Notes under the pieces: model-generated | Database searches by the model: none | What the model saw: the letters and a program-made list of their open reading frames with translations, nothing else | What the model was told of the DNA's origin: nothing | From: an uncultured Rivularia sp. | GTDB lineage: Bacteria > Cyanobacteriota > Cyanobacteriia > Cyanobacteriales > Nostocaceae | Direction of reading: 5' to 3' | Length of the DNA: 64,000 bases | Assembly: GCA_963665115.1 (NCBI GenBank) | Contig: OY762007.1 | Coordinates: forward strand, 5,664,001-5,728,000 | Part shown: positions 63,346 through 64,000 of the stretch, in pieces | How positions within the stretch are numbered: the stretch's first letter is position 1 | How the letters are laid out: each line of letters begins with the position of its first letter | Translations under genes and position numbers: made by a program

Positions 63346-64000
63346 ATGTCAGATAATTTCAGAAGCCGAGTTGTAACGCAAGGGGTGCAGCGATCGCCAA
63401 ATCGAGCGATGTTGCGTGCTGTTGGTTTTGAGGATAAGGATTTTAATAAGCCGATTGTGGGTATTGCTAATAGTTTTAGTACTATTACTCCCTGCAATAT
63501 GGGCATCAATACACTCGCGCAAAGGGCTGAAAAAGGCGTTCGCGATGCCGAAGCGATGCCGCAGATGTTCGGTACAATTACCATTAGCGATGGTATTTCG
63601 ATGGGAACTGAGGGAATGAAGTATTCCTTGGTGTCGCGTGAGGTAATTGCTGATTCCATTGAAACTGCTTGCACCGGGCAAAGTATGGATGGTGTGCTGG
63701 CTATTGGTGGTTGTGATAAAAATATGCCGGGAGCGATGATTGCTATTGCTCGGATGAATATACCGGCGATTTTTGTTTACGGTGGTACGATTAAACCCGG
63801 ACATCATGATGGTAAAGACTTAACTGTTGTCAGCTCTTTTGAAGCGGTAGGAGAATACAGCGCTGGTAACATCAAAGAAGATGAACTTTTAGCAGTTGAG
63901 AAGAATGCTTGTCCCGGTGCGGGTTCTTGCGGTGGAATGTATACTGCTAACACAATGTCTTCTGCTTTTGAAGCTTTAGGTATGAGCTTGCCTTATTCCT
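63346..64000 (+). CDS. ilvD: Dihydroxy-acid dehydratase, 5' part running off the window (absent from the ORF track)
   Basis: [72 protein letters not shown]. Confidence 0.95.
   Translation, partial: MSDNFRSRVVTQGVQRSPNRAMLRAVGFEDKDFNKPIVGIANSFSTITPCNMGINTLAQRAEKGVRDAEAMPQMFGTITISDGISMGTEGMKYSLVSREVIADSIETACTGQSMDGVLAIGGCDKNMPGAMIAIARMNIPAIFVYGGTIKPGHHDGKDLTVVSSFEAVGEYSAGNIKEDELLAVEKNACPGAGSCGGMYTANTMSSAFEALGMSLPYS

Noticed and set aside
63267..63807. Minus-strand ORFs of 135 and 152 aa
   Set aside because: Antisense shadows of ilvD, which is open on the + strand to the window end.

Overview
A 64 kb AT-rich chromosomal segment of a filamentous cyanobacterium. HIP1 octamers (GCGATCGC), 7-8 nt STRR arrays and the gene set point to Nostocales, probably Rivulariaceae-like (inference). 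Housekeeping genes: menB, menD, folB, a carbohydrate ABC operon, rbsK, codA, nucleoside hydrolase, hpxZ, a dipeptide epimerase/DUF1611 pair, a topoisomerase IA, wecB, glgA, hemC, a CAAD protein, tenA and a partial ilvD. Signalling and accessory genes: a membrane NACHT-GUN4 protein, a PAS-GGDEF protein, a Ser/Thr kinase, a large kinase-AAA-GAF-His kinase hybrid beside a heme-oxygenase-like diiron protein, a patatin with an inserted domain, an iota-type carbonic anhydrase-like lipoprotein, and a divergent pair of a degenerate metal-binding lipoprotein and a CooC-like ATPase around a Zur-like box. Seven otherwise intact genes are split at short homopolymers, most likely by assembly indel errors. 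I found no rRNA, tRNA, CRISPR array, transposase or reverse transcriptase. Small non-autonomous elements are abundant: MITEs with nested REP-like hairpins, SDR-like palindromes, a 17-nt insertion into a HIP1 site that breaks an HNH gene, and a 104-bp inverted repeat pair bracketing an ABC ATPase gene. All family assignments come from motif recognition by eye; no searches were run.
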